A stretch of 63,891 nt of DNA, counting the filler, from Octopus bimaculoides (Eukaryota), in assembly GCF_001194135.2 (NCBI RefSeq). It is 5 parts of 3 records of this genome, joined end to end, with 100 filler letters (N's around TTAATTAATTAA, not from the genome) between each part and the next. Parts side by side here need not be neighbours in the genome. Positions count along the whole stretch, not along the records: positions 1 to 18,418 come from NC_068984.1; positions 18,519 to 38,087 come from NC_069001.1; 3 more parts are not named here. The stretch is one strand, 5' to 3'. The translations under genes and the position numbers were made by a program. Numbering within the stretch: position 1 is the stretch's first letter; the number at the start of each line of letters is the position of its first letter. The notes under the pieces were generated by a model. The model saw only the letters and a program-made list of their open reading frames with translations. It was not told the origin of the DNA and did no database searches. Below, piece by piece: positions 10,996-23,347 of the stretch.

Positions 10996-12372
10996 AAGAA
11001 AAACATGCAGTCCGGCAGATAACAACCTTTGTGACAGTGGCTATTGGTTGGTCATTTCGTTATCTTTGTGAAATAGTACACGTATGTAGCAAAGAACGGA
11101 CTTTCCAAGAACGGAGTTATCAAGAATGTCATATTGGTAGGTCAGAACTTGTTGGAGAACCATGACTAAAGGATATGAAACAGGCACAGAGGCACCTCGT
11201 GAGGTGTGTGGATACAAAAGCTGCGAAACCGGCGGTTTTACAAAAATGCTGTTGATGGAACATCTTGTATTCTTTTATTCTTATAAATATATTGTTAACT
11301 TGAGCAAAGTATCTTCACTGTATTTGAGGCAAAATCTGTACATCGAAGGTTCTAACACTTGTACAAATCTAATTGTTAGAAGGAAGAACTTTGCATTCCT
11401 AGCAATTAGTAAAGCAGAAGAGGAGAGAGGACGCAACAGAGAGACAAACAGAGAGAGAGGAAGAGAGAGAGAGAGAAAGACATACAGAGACAGACAGACA
11501 GTGGGAGACAAGAAAAGGATGTATAGCAGAAGAGAATATTAATAAGTTCAGAAAATGATGATCTCTCATAGTAATTGTGAAATCGCAATCATGGAAAATA
11601 ATAAAACAATACCATATGCCACTGGATATTAAATATTTTCAGCAGGTGAATGCCAAAAGTAATAATCAGCAATGGATATCAGATTTGATAGAATTATTAT
11701 GTTAATTAACGGGTCACTGAAGCAGGAGAGACTTATAAATATGATACGTGGCATGAGGTGGAAAGTATTCAGCAGACTATCTCATGTCAAAATGATTACA
11801 AAATAAAATGTGTCTCTGTGTTTAATTACATAGAAATACCATTTGCACGAAAGCATAATGGCTGATATTTTAATTTTTCGGCAAATTCAAGAGGCGAGTC
11901 TAGACATGTTTCATCCTTGTTAGTCGTCCCAGTTAATTAAATACTTCACAGTATTTACGTAAGTAGTAATGAGAGAAACGAATTATTAAATAGATGTACA
12001 TGAGTAGGTATAAAATATAAACGCATTTAAAAAAGAATGAACTACTGTTATTAACGTAGGAGAAGCATCATTATGTGAATCTTGCGGAGAATTCTGGAAT
12101 CGAAAGGCTGTATCAGAGATATAGCCAGTTATAAAGATTGCGTACCATTCTAAACTCAAACAGAACTAAAACAAGAATTGAGAGAGATGGTGGTGAGTGA
12201 AACAACTTTGAGTGTAATGGATAACACCATGGTGTCTTATTTATGGAAAAAGCTTGGATAACTAGTATCAGCAGCACTTGTATAAGTAGGTTCTATAGTG
12301 CAGAAATAAACAGAGAAAAAAATATCGCTTGATTAAATTCAAGTCTCACTCTATCTCNNNNNNNNNNACTGG

Positions 12373-12383
12373 TAGAAGAAGAA

Positions 12384-12418
<35 letters not shown>

Positions 12419-12475
12419 AGAAGAAGAAGAAGAAGAAGAAGAAGAAGAAGAAGAAGAAGAAGAAGAAGAAGAAGA
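12373..12475. repeat. (GAA)n microsatellite
   Basis: Directly visible; potential triplex-forming purine tract. Confidence 0.95.
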
Positions 12476-13412
12476 CTTTAGTTTAATTATTTTCGAGTCC
12501 CAAGGTATATAGTGCTGACGAGCCCAAAAGAAGGATGAAATAGTACTAATTACGACTACCATTGACTTAAGAAATTTATCTCATGGAAATAAAGAAAAAA
12601 GGAAGATAGAAATACATGTATGCTCCTTTCTCTTCGGTATGAATTACTCAGCATACATTAAGCTAGAAGACATTCTCTTCCCTTAACTAACAGTCTCCAG
12701 AGCAACAACGTGAATATATGCTGATTAGTTTATGATAAAGTAATCGTCAGAAATATACACTTATTACCATTATTTAAGGCAGCTTCCGAAACAAAGCATA
12801 CGGTATATTATGAAGGGAAATTGCTCACCACTTTTCAAAATACAAATTTAAACTTTTCCAAGCGAATTAATTATGTTAGTATGTGATATTGGAAAATATG
12901 AATCAGCAACAGTGTAAGGCAATAACAAATCTACTGAATACCCGCTGCGAATAAATACATATTCATATATATATATATATATATANNNNNNNNNNNNNNN
13001 NNNNNNNNNNNNNNNNNNNNNNNNNNNNNNNNNNNNNNNNNNNNNNNNNNNNNNNNNNNNNNNNNNNNNNNNNNNNNTATATATATGTCATTCACATAAG
13101 CATGAATGACGGCAAATGGAAGAGTCGTTCCAGCTCTCTAAGCTCCGAGTTAAATTCCCGCCGATGTCAACTTTAACCTCCATACTTTACAAACTTCAAT
13201 TCTCCTTGTCTTGTTCCATATTTCCGTCTGCCTATTTTTCTGTCTCGGAGAAATTAGCATTTGTCTCATCCAGAGACGGATGGATGTCCCAGATCTACGT
13301 ACACCACGACACCGCCCATACGGCCGGATAAAGGAGTTCAGAATCCAAGAAAAAGCTTGACAAATGCACGAATATATCACTGGTATCATTAGTATGTTAT
13401 TATGGTGGGAAT

Positions 13413-13562
13413 CTGGCAGAGTCGTTAGCACGCCGGGTAAGATACTTAGCGACATTTCCTCGTATATACGTCAAGAGTAAAAATCCCACCGAAGTCGACA
13501 TCCTTTCGAGATCGATAGAAATAATTACCAGTTGCGCACTGGGATCAATGGAATTGACTACT
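13413..13562 (+). mobile_element. Meta/MESC-like SINE, diverged
   Basis: CTGGCAGAGTCGTTAGCACGCCGGG...GTCGAC...ATCCTTTCGAGATCGAT..TACCAGTTGCGCACTGGG matches the copy at 62598. Confidence 0.75.
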
Positions 13563-14016
13563 CCACGCGTTCCAATACGGCTTGCTCTGTGCCTATTGTA
13601 GAAAGGATTGTTAATATGGTGTTATGAAGATTATTGTCTTACAAAACATTGGTAAAACAATATCCAAGTAAATTATATATTTTTGTGGCTGTTCAAAACG
13701 ACTAGTGGACGTTTTTATTTATACTTTTTCTCGGAAATCAAAATGGTTCCTGTTATTAAATCTAGTGCCTTTGTCAAATCGTTGCTTATTGTGTAATAAG
13801 ACAATGAATTTGTCTTAGAATTGTCGTTTGCTTCATTGTATATTTTTATACGATACCGACAAAAGAATTCACTTACTTTCATAACAGGATGGTGGCTGTA
13901 CTTGTCTGTCTTTCTGAGTTTATTATCTGTTATGCCTATGTGCTTGTTCGTGTGTCTATATGTCGGTGTATATCTCTCTGCTTTTGTATGTGTATTTGTG
14001 TTCTGCGTGTGTACTC

Positions 14017-14056
<40 letters not shown>

Positions 14057-14271
14057 TCGCGCATGCTGTGTGTGTGAGTGTTCGTGTGCGACTGCTAGAA
14101 ACGCTTTTGGATATCTTCACAGTTGGGTCACCTATTAACCATCTCTATCAATCTCCGTACATCCGTACACTCACTAATACCTATATGTGTGTGAGTGCGT
14201 GCGTGTGTTTGCGTGTGCATCAATTATATATATATATATATACACATTCATACACACATATGAGTATAAAC

Positions 14272-14315
<44 letters not shown>

Positions 14316-14698
14316 TCTCTGACAAACAATCCAGTTTGACATATTCACACGTATACCTTGGGGAATTGTTTCACAACTCTAAATTTTCAGGAAATGGTTT
14401 CTCACTGTTATATCACAGCAGACTGAAAATCTAAAGAATCGCACCACGTGTTACATTCGAATTCCCTACAATATAAAACTCAGCGAAACACAATAAGATA
14501 TGGTGTCTATAAAATGAATGAAGCTAAATGACCAATTATTGAATTTCTAAGACATTATAGGATAGAAATTGTGTGCCGATTTGTTTGAAATCTGTGAAGA
14601 CTATCGATTTTTAATGTTTTAAGCATCAATAACTATGAACAAATAAATAAGTGGTATTATAAATAGGTGACTATGATAGCATCGCTTGTGTTAGCTAT

Positions 14699-14714
14699 AA
14701 TGATAATAATAACG

Positions 14715-14745
<31 letters not shown>

Positions 14746-14755
14746 CAACAACATC

Positions 14756-14808
<53 letters not shown>
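14699..14808. repeat. (TAA)n microsatellite
   Basis: Directly visible. Confidence 0.95.
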
Positions 14809-14809
<1 letters not shown>

Positions 14810-15180
14810 TAAAGTAAACATCCCCTTTTTTATTCTGAAAACATTATAGTTTTCTCTGGGTGGACATACAAAAGACCATCTTTGGTGAATCTTAAAACTT
14901 TCTGTGAAAATTTGACTCTTCTTGTGAAGAAGAGCATTATCGCTGTGAAAACAACATCCATTCATGTATTTATTTATTTATTAATTTTTTTAAATACATA
15001 TTTTACCTGTGAATTTCACTGTGTGAAGTGGGAATACATACAATGTACTTCTCTGCTCTAGGTGTACGGAAAACACTCGGCGAGAAATGGAAGAAAATTT
15101 GAAGAAAGAAGAAAAAAAAAGAACAACATAATAATAATAATAATAATGATAATAATAATAATGATAATAATAATAATAAT

Positions 15181-15578
15181 AGAGATCAAAAGAGATAACT
15201 CGACAAAATACAAAGACCTGGAAATAGAGATAACTCGAATGTGGAATCTAAAAACAGAAACAATTACAAAATACAAAGACCTGGAAATAGAGATAACTCG
15301 AATGTGGAATCTAAAAACAGAAACAATTCCTATTATAGTAGGTGCCTTAGGTATAATAAAAAAATATTCAGACAAATACATAACAAAAACACCAGGACTT
15401 ACAAATATATATAACATACAGAAAATTGCACTACTGGGTACTGCACACATTCTACGCAAAACACTTTCAATACAGTAAACATAAGAGCACCACAACAAAC
15501 CACAGCACATACCCAAGGCGCACAGAGCTGCGCTCGGTAGTGAAGTGAAAGCACGTTATAAAAATAAAACTTCTAAAC
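15181..15578 (+). mobile_element. R4/Dong-like RLE retrotransposon 3' end within a (TAA)n array, with a 63-bp internal duplication
   Basis: KYKDLEIEITRMWNLKTET(x2)IPIIVGALG..QKIALLGTAHILRKTLSIQ*, then a 100-bp 3'UTR. TAA repeats on both sides. Confidence 0.9.
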
Positions 15579-15631
<53 letters not shown>

Positions 15632-16062
15632 NNNNNNNNNNNNNNNNNNNNNNNNNNNNNNNNNNNNNNNNNNNNNNNNNNNNNNNNNNNNNNNNNNNNN
15701 NNNNNNNNNNNNNNNNNNNNNNNNNNNNNNNNNNNNNNNNNNNNNNNNNNNNNNNNNNNNNNNNNNNNNNNNNNNNNNNNNNNNNNNNNNNNNNNNNNNN
15801 NNNNNNNNNNNNNNNNNNNNNNNNNNNNNNNNNNNNNNNNNNNNNNNNNNNNNNNNNNNNNNNNNNNNNNNNNNNNNNNNNNNNNNNNNNNNNNNNNNNN
15901 NNNNNNNNNNNNNNNNNNNNNNNNNNNNNNNNNNNNNNNNNNNNNNNNNNNNNNNNNNNNNNNNNNNNNNNNNNNNNNNNNNNNNNNNNNNNNNNNNNNN
16001 NNNNNNNNNNNNNNNNNNNNNNNNNNNNNNNNNNNNNNNNNNNNNNNNNNNNNNNNNNNNNN

Positions 16063-16271
16063 AGACAAATACATAACAAAAACACCAGGACTTACAAATA
16101 TATATAACATACAGAAAATTGCACTACTGGGTACTGCACACATTCTACGCAAAACACTTTCAATACAGTAAACATAAGAGCACCACAACAAACCACAGCA
16201 CATACCCAAGGCGCACAGAGCTGCGCTCGGTAGTGAAGTGAAAGCACGTTATAAAAATAAAACTTCTAAAC
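16063..16271 (+). mobile_element. Second copy of the same RLE retrotransposon 3' end
   Basis: Appears identical to ~15370-15578 and is followed by (TAA)n. The 5' side is hidden in the gap. Confidence 0.85.
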
Positions 16272-16335
<64 letters not shown>

Positions 16336-16739
16336 TAATAATAAAGGCACAATATTCGAGATTTTGTAGAGAGGGGCCAGTCGATTACATCGATTTCAGT
16401 ACTCAACTGGTATTTTTTTTATTAAAGAACATTGTTTACTAAATATGTGAAGCTGGACAAAATTTTGAGATATTGAATGGATGGATGATGATAATACACT
16501 TTAGAATAATATTGTAATAATCAGGTAACATATTTAAAATACAAACAATATAAAATAATATAAAACACTATTATTAAGGAAAGAATTTGATACTGAAAAC
16601 GATATAGAACATGGCGAGTTAAGCGTTCGCATACAAGTCCAGATTAATAAATTGGGCTAGAGACACACACAAATCTACCTATACACCATTCAACGTATTA
16701 TGTTCTGGTGCTTCTGAAACAGCCTATTCGGGCAGTTCT

Positions 16740-17262
16740 GAAAAAGAAAAACATTTCTAGCTTTCACCTCGATGTGCTCGGTGGCTACGCTATTAAAGTG
16801 ACGTCGACAGCATATACCGGTACGGATCTCCCGCTTGCTAATTCGCACTAGATTCTTCTCAATATCTGCAGTTTCCTCAGTATTGGTTCAAGAAGGAGAA
16901 CATGCTGAAAAGACGATAGGAGGCAGCTTTCACGAACCGAGCGAATAATACAGGTTGGTTTCGACAGATGCCCGTTCATTTACATCAGAGCAGATATAGC
17001 TGTGTATTGCAACATTATCGAAATATTTTTCTTTTGATCCAATTTGATCAAGATCCAAACATTGTCTGGTTCTTTATCGACACTCTATAGTCTAACGTAT
17101 TAGGTTTTGATAATGATGGATAGATCTGTCTGAGATGTGGCATGTTGTGCATCAACAATCAGAATCTTGTTGACAGGTATCAAAATCTTTGCTAATACCA
17201 AGCTTAAAATCTTGAAATCTACGTTTAGCAGTGTTATGTACCTACAATTATCAATAAAAACT
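16740..17262 (-). mobile_element. L1/Tx1-like reverse transcriptase remnant
   Basis: NCRYITLLNVDFKIL..LA, LIKLDQKK, MNGHLSKP, RSVRESCLLS (RQGCPLS), LLLEPIL, YAVDVTL (YADD). Multiple stops. Confidence 0.75.
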
Positions 17263-17789
17263 TTTCTATATATGTATATACAAATTAATGAATAATGTTT
17301 ATATATACATATATATACACACACAAACAATCTAGTTTGATTGTTGTTCGTCTGCGCTAACGTTATGGTAAATATCTTCTAAGATGTCGCGGAACGAGCA
17401 CGCCGCATATAAATATCAAGCTCGTTGAGTAGACCATCATTTTCATGTTATATGCACCGCTCTCGTGTTGCTTGCGATCACTTCCGTATGCTGTTGGCTG
17501 TATTTAGCTTTCTGATCCACTACTCTTCTGTTTTTGGTTTGTGTTGCCGATAACTTTTAGATGTGGACAACCGATGCTATTCCTATCTGCTGGCCTGCAA
17601 AATACTTTATCTACATATACGATCTGGAGGACACGAACGGTTAATCTATGTTCAAGATGGATAAGCCAGTTGGTACGCGTCAGTGAGTTGAAGCCTTGTG
17701 AGCAAGTTGGTGAGATTTTACGCCATTCTTTCCAATCAGTTCACCCACACTTTACATTTGGTAGTGCAGTGAGAGCATGTGATAACATA

Positions 17790-17970
17790 AGACTAATAAT
17801 AATGTGGACTATAAGGAGAGTGTCTGTCATTCCAGTAGTTGTAGGAGCACTAACAACCAAGTTCGAGAAATATGTTTGATAAATCGGAATTTAAATGAAA
17901 GCAGAGCATGCCCCCAAAACTGCTCTGCTGAGAACATCTAGAATTTTGAGATTGGTACTTCGATGTTGAA
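17790..17970 (+). mobile_element. RLE retrotransposon C-terminal fragment, old
   Basis: MWTIRRVSVIPVVVGAL..FEKYV..KTALLRTSRILRLVL, homologous to 15181-15478. Confidence 0.7.
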
Positions 17971-18109
17971 TTTATTCTACAATAATTAACAACCAAGTAT
18001 CCAAGCTTGAAATGTACGGAAAGGGACCCTGTGAGACCTCTGACAACAGGCTGCTGTCCACTGTCATAGAATCCACCAGAGCAAACAAAACCGACCGCTT
18101 AGAGACGTA

Positions 18110-18161
18110 AAACAACAACAACAACGAAAGCAGCAATAACAACAACGACAACAACAACAGC

Positions 18162-18237
<76 letters not shown>
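18110..18237. repeat. (CAA)n-(TAA)n microsatellite
   Basis: Directly visible. Confidence 0.95.
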
Positions 18238-18278
18238 GCTGACAAAGGGTTGGATTATATCCGAGTAAGTAATACTCA

Positions 18279-18418
18279 TTGAAATTTATTTCTAACATAA
18301 GAAGATATATTCTAAAAGCAAAAAAAATATCAGAAATAGAAATAGAACATTTGAAAGAAAAAATACATCAGGAAAATCTAGATAGTAGTCACACAGCAAT
18401 GCCAAATAATAATATAAA
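18279..18418 (+). mobile_element. R4/Dong-like ORF N-terminal fragment
   Basis: SNIRRYILKAKKISEIEIEHLKEKI resembles the pre-RT (L.DQRR.I.K..LS..E) motif. Abuts (TAA)n upstream. Confidence 0.55.
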
Positions 18419-18498
18419 NNNNNNNNNNNNNNNNNNNNNNNNNNNNNNNNNNNNNNNNNNNNTTAATTAATTAANNNNNNNNNNNNNNNNNNNNNNNN

Positions 18499-19400
18499 NN
18501 NNNNNNNNNNNNNNNNNNTGACCCACTCAAGTCTGTGACTAGGGATTTTGTTGCTGATGGTGTGTTGGCATCTTCGGTGTTAGTGTTATCTCGTTCTGTG
18601 GACGTGTCCTGTTCATCTGTGTTGGTGTAATAGGCCGAGTTGTGTCGGTATTTGGTACAAAGCCACTGGAATTTAGGTTTGAGGCGTTTCTTCTCTTGGT
18701 CAACACAGTGGTGGTAGCATCGGTCAATAGCTGCAGTTATTCTTCGGTATGTATGTCCATTGGTTGACGTGATGCTGGATATTATTTCAGAGAATTTGCG
18801 TATATGCTCATGTAGTTGTTGGTGCAGAAGGTGTAAGATGCTTCTGATGACGAACGTATGTATGTATTTCAGTGATCGCCGAAGGGTAGGGCTGAGGAAA
18901 CAAGTGGGTAGATGTATGTTCCTGATGGTGTTGGGAACTATATTGTTTTTTAGGCAGCGTTTAAGAAAGTTTATTTGGCATCCGATTTTAGCACGTTTCT
19001 CAGATAGCTTGATCAACTCCCTAGCAGTTGCGAACTCGGCCTGACCCAGGCATAGAGATAGGAGAGTATTGTAGTTCACTTGAAGCATTGTGTATTGTTT
19101 GTAAAGAATAAAAGTTTAGGAAGGTATAACAATGCAATATAGAACAAAAAATGGACTGTATACCTGTTGTAACTTGGTAAACTGTAGTCCGATGATATTT
19201 TGGAATTAGAATTCCTTCTTCAGATCTTAATTTGCTGGAGTCTCTGCTATAAACTGTTTTCTAATGGGTTTTCTTTTTTCTGAAGCGTCTCAGGAGTGGT
19301 CTCACGAAGCTTCTTCTGGAATTCCTCATAAGAAGTGCATGAGGTCGGCTGTTTCAATCTCGTGTGTGTTGTGTTGATACATCTGTGGCGCTGCTTCTAA
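18499..19400 (-). mobile_element. Penelope-like element: pLTR plus intact-looking ORF N-terminus, truncated by gap
   Basis: 197 stop-free codons from ATG 19088 with KIGCQINFLKRCLKNNIVP, KKRLKPKFQWL and VTDLS, typical of PLE N-termini. The upstream region carries a hammerhead-like motif. Confidence 0.75.
19191..19226 (-). ncRNA. Degenerate minimal hammerhead ribozyme (PLE type)
   Basis: GAT-CTGAAGA-A-GGAAT-TCTA-ATTCC-AAAA-TA-TC-ATC. Has the CUGANGA box and stem II, but GAAA is mutated to AAAA. Palindromic ATAT stem III, UC cleavage site, 3-bp stem I. Confidence 0.55.
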
Positions 19401-21260
19401 GTTATGTATTATACGTGCATAATATTATAATAAATTCATAGCGTCCTCTAATCTACTACCAAAAAAGAAACCTTCATTACATATTGTTACTCAATAAAAT
19501 AATGCACAAATTTACAACGCATATTGGAGAAGTTAGCAGTGTAGTGGCATGCATGTTTTTTAAAGGTTTTTATATCAGAAGGAGAAGGCTTTGGGCTTAA
19601 CAAAGTGTCTTTGTTAGGCGTGAAATTAAATCAACGACTCTCTTGAACAACAACATAATAATTTTATTTGTCATAAGTTATATATACAAATAACAAACAT
19701 TGGAAGTGTAGCAGATATGGCTAAGTGTGTCAAAGAAAGGCATTTTGGTGTAAGCAGAGAATATATGGTGATCTGCGTTGAAATACCATAATACAAAACT
19801 TATAGTGAATTAATTGAATTTTCACAAAGAAGAAATAATCTTTTTCTTCAGGAATGTGAGAGAGAAAGGTGTTTAAAAGCATTTGGCTGTTGGACATAGG
19901 TTTCTGAGACCTTCTTATGGTTCAACATTACTCATACTTCGGCCGCAGTTCTTCTCTCTTTGAGGTACAGCAGAAACAGATCTTGTCACCTGTCTGTTTT
20001 GCGAAAGAACCTTTAGCGGCAACATTCAGCAAAATGCTGCACATATACACAGCAATAGTGTTTAGGTAAACAGAGCTTTCCACTTTGTAAATGCAAACAA
20101 TATGTGAAGGAAAGTAGTTAACTCACTTTGATACATCACCATATTATCCTGTGGCAAGCTGATATGGCATTAGGGAAAAAGGGAAGCAACATTGTAATAC
20201 AAAAAACAAAAATAAAGAACAAAATATGCAAACATATTGAGAGCAAGTGTCAGTAGTATACTGCCCAAAAAGGTAGTTTCTGTAGAGTTAGTGTGTAATT
20301 TATGACCTCTAAAAAAACTAAGAACAACTGTACATGAAATAGAAATCACAAAATACAGTGGTCAATAAGTGGTTGCAAGTGCAGGTCTTGATTACTAATA
20401 GTGCAGCAAGAGTCTTCCACAAAAGAAAAGAAATGCATGCAACAAAGGAATGTATAAAAAAGACAATGTTATAAGTCTTGTATGAAAGGAATTTCGCTCC
20501 AATAATAAGAGTTTGTTTGTATAAATGTCACAAAGATCGTGCATTAAAAAAGTGTATGTTGCTAGCAGAATAGAAGAGATGAAAGACTAAAGCCATAATA
20601 GTATCCCACTAAAATAGCCCATCCAGATAGGTTTTTAGGGAGGGGTTCAATGAGAAGGATGACCTTGGTGAAGTAAAAGTAGCCTCTCAACGTCAGGCTG
20701 AATTGTGCTAAGAATAAGCTTGAGATCAGTACACTCTGTAATTGGAAGCTTGAACCACTGTTTCGTAAGAAGGCAGATGACTGCACTGAACCCTCTCTCA
20801 ACCAAATAAGATGTTGGAAAGGCAATGGAAAACAATTTGACTTTCTTCCAAAGCTCTGGATAGCAGTCACGGATAGTCTTTTGAAGCCATAATTCTTGAT
20901 AGCACTTGCAGAATTTAGGTATCAAAGAACTCCGTTACTGAATCAAAGCATAAAAGCGATTCAGACAATTTCCCCATGATAACCATCTCACCTCTGTGTG
21001 GAGCAGCAAGTTTTGAAAGTCTTCATTGTTTTCAAAGCAAAGCTGTTGAAACAGGCGAGAGTTCAGTGCATGAGATTTGATTTTATTCACAGCAGTGATG
21101 ATAGGGAATCATGAAGACAACCACTGAGGTTTCGTACAACAAGATGTTGTTAGTGAATCATGCAGTGCATCGTGAAGACATCAAGTAGACTGAGTTTGAG
21201 ATATCTGATGATGCCATGATGACAGCCAGTCATCAATACTTTTCCTCTACCTCTAGCATA

Positions 21261-22010
21261 TTTTTCATAACATAGAAACGTAAAAACACACACAATTACA
21301 CATACGTGATATGTGACAACAACATACACATAGACACATACACACATCAACATTATAGATATAAAATTTACTTCCTGTGTCTTTCTAATATAAAAACGCG
21401 CACGCATTGCTATTTTATAACTGTCTTTCATTCTCCATTCCTCTCTTTTTCTCTCTCCATTGCTCTCGTATATAATAAAGCTGAAGTTGTGGATCTGTGT
21501 GAAGCCTTTTTAAAAGTTTATAGAAATCCACATTTTCCACTTTTTCGTAAAAATTTTTACATCAATGGAATTTTTTTGATGTGAACTTTCCAGTGCAGTA
21601 ATTAGATTTTTAAAATTCCGTTTACTTTGTGTGATTTAAGGGAGATTTGGCTGTTGTTTCTAGCAACTTTTATATTTCTTCCCTTCTACCTGTACCAGCG
21701 TTCTTACACATCGATCACGCGCTCAACATATAATATAGAGAGTAAGAGTAAAAGAGAGAGAGAGTGTGATACATACAAAGTCATAGATTAAACTTTCCTC
21801 TTAGTATTTTCTACCTACTTTTCATAACATAGATACATAAAAACACACACAACCACACATACGTGATCTGTGACAACACCATACACATAAACACATCAAC
21901 ATTATAGATATAAGATTTAGTTTCTGTGTCTTTCTAATATAAACATGCGCACGCATTGCTATTTTATAACTGTCTACCGTTCTCCCTTCCTCTCTTTCTC
22001 TCTCTTCCTT
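21261..22010. repeat. Diverged ~190-bp direct repeat (21261-21457 / 21818-22010) inside the hAT insertion
   Basis: Shared CATAACATAGA..CACATACGTGAT..CAACATTATAGATATAA..GCGCACGCATTGCTATTTTATAACTGTCT. Confidence 0.85.
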
Positions 22011-23134
22011 GCTCCCGTTCTCTATTCCTTTCTCCCCCTCTCTCTCCCTCTTCCTCTCTCGCTATCTCAAAATCATACACGTGCACAAAACATTCACTAC
22101 AATATAACTCATGTTCGTCAATGTTTGGTAAATATACCACAATTTTCACTAGGGTGTTTGGGTTAGGGTTTATGTATCACTTTCTCTCTCTCTTTCTTTT
22201 ATTCTTAATCTCTATATTATATGTTGAGCNNNNNNNNNNNNNNNNNNNNNNNNNNNNNNNNNNNNNNNNNNNNNNNNNNNNNNNNNNNNNNNNNNNNNNN
22301 NNNNNNNNNNNNNNNNNNNNNNNNNNNNNNNNNNNNNNNNNNNNNNNNNNNNNNNNNNNNNNNNNNNNNNNNNNNNNNNNNNNNNNNNNNNNNNNNNNNN
22401 NNNNNNNNNNNNNNNNNNNNNNNNNNNNNNNNNNNNNNNNNNNNNNNNNNNNNNNNNNNNNNNNNNNNNNNNNNNNNNNNNNNNNNNNNNNNNNNNNNNN
22501 NNNNNNNNNNNNNNNNNNNNNNNNNNNNNNNNNNNNNNNNNNNNNNNNNNNNNNNNNNNNNNNNNNNNNNNNNNNNNNNNNNNNNNNNNNNNNNNNNNNN
22601 NNNNNNNNNNNNNNNNNNNNNNNNNNNNNNNNNNNNNNNNNNNNNNNNNNNNNNNNNNNNNNNNNNNNNNNNNNNNNNNNNNNNNNNNNNNNNNNNNNNN
22701 NNNNNNNNNNNNNNNNNNNNNNNNNNNNNNNNNNNNNNNNNNNNNNNNNNNNNNNNNNNNNNNNNNNNNNNNNNNNNNNNNNNNNNNNNNNNNNNNNNNN
22801 NNNNNNNNNNNNNNNNNNNNNNNNNNNNNNNNNNNNNNNNNNNCTGTTTAATATATACATAGATTATGCCTCCAAAGAAGAGAGTTTGCTGGGGAAAGAA
22901 AGCAACCAGTTTAAAATGACAGCAACAGACTGCAGCAATTCACCACATTCCAGTAGCTACTTTGGTGCATCAACATCTTCTGCCCAATCTGATAGAATTC
23001 TGGCAAAACTGTGTAGCAACAGATCGCCAGCAATTGCTTCATCACAAATTGCCATCCTAGCTCCTGCGAAAAGGGATTACCCTTCTATGTATAATCAGAG
23101 CAGCGCAAGAAGTTGTTTTGCACAAGTATTTCTA

Positions 23135-23347
23135 TAGCCAATTAGACGGATGAAATTTACGTATGCTTAATAATGTTATACAAAGCAGCCTTCAGACTTT
23201 CCCTATTAATTTCATTGTCTTTTGAATTATGAACATATTTACATCATAAGGGTTTTTTCGTTGTAAGGCTTTCTTTTTTAGTTGATTTTTCACCTAGCAA
23301 GACTTATCGTAGATAGCGTACGGACAACATCGGGTTATACTGCTAGT
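23135..23347 (+). mobile_element. Helitron-like 3' terminus
   Basis: Degenerate GC hairpin CGGACAACATCGGG followed by TTATACTG-CTAG|T. Confidence 0.45.

Noticed and set aside
17990-18110. LLSEVSQGP as a possible RT (GVPQG) motif
   Set aside because: Too short and degenerate to assign.
18463-18474. TTAATTAATTAA islands inside N runs (also 38132-38143, 41669-41680, 58758-58769)
   Set aside because: An identical six-frame-stop palindrome flanked by similar-length N runs is most simply a scaffolding linker, not biology. Adjacency across these gaps is unreliable.
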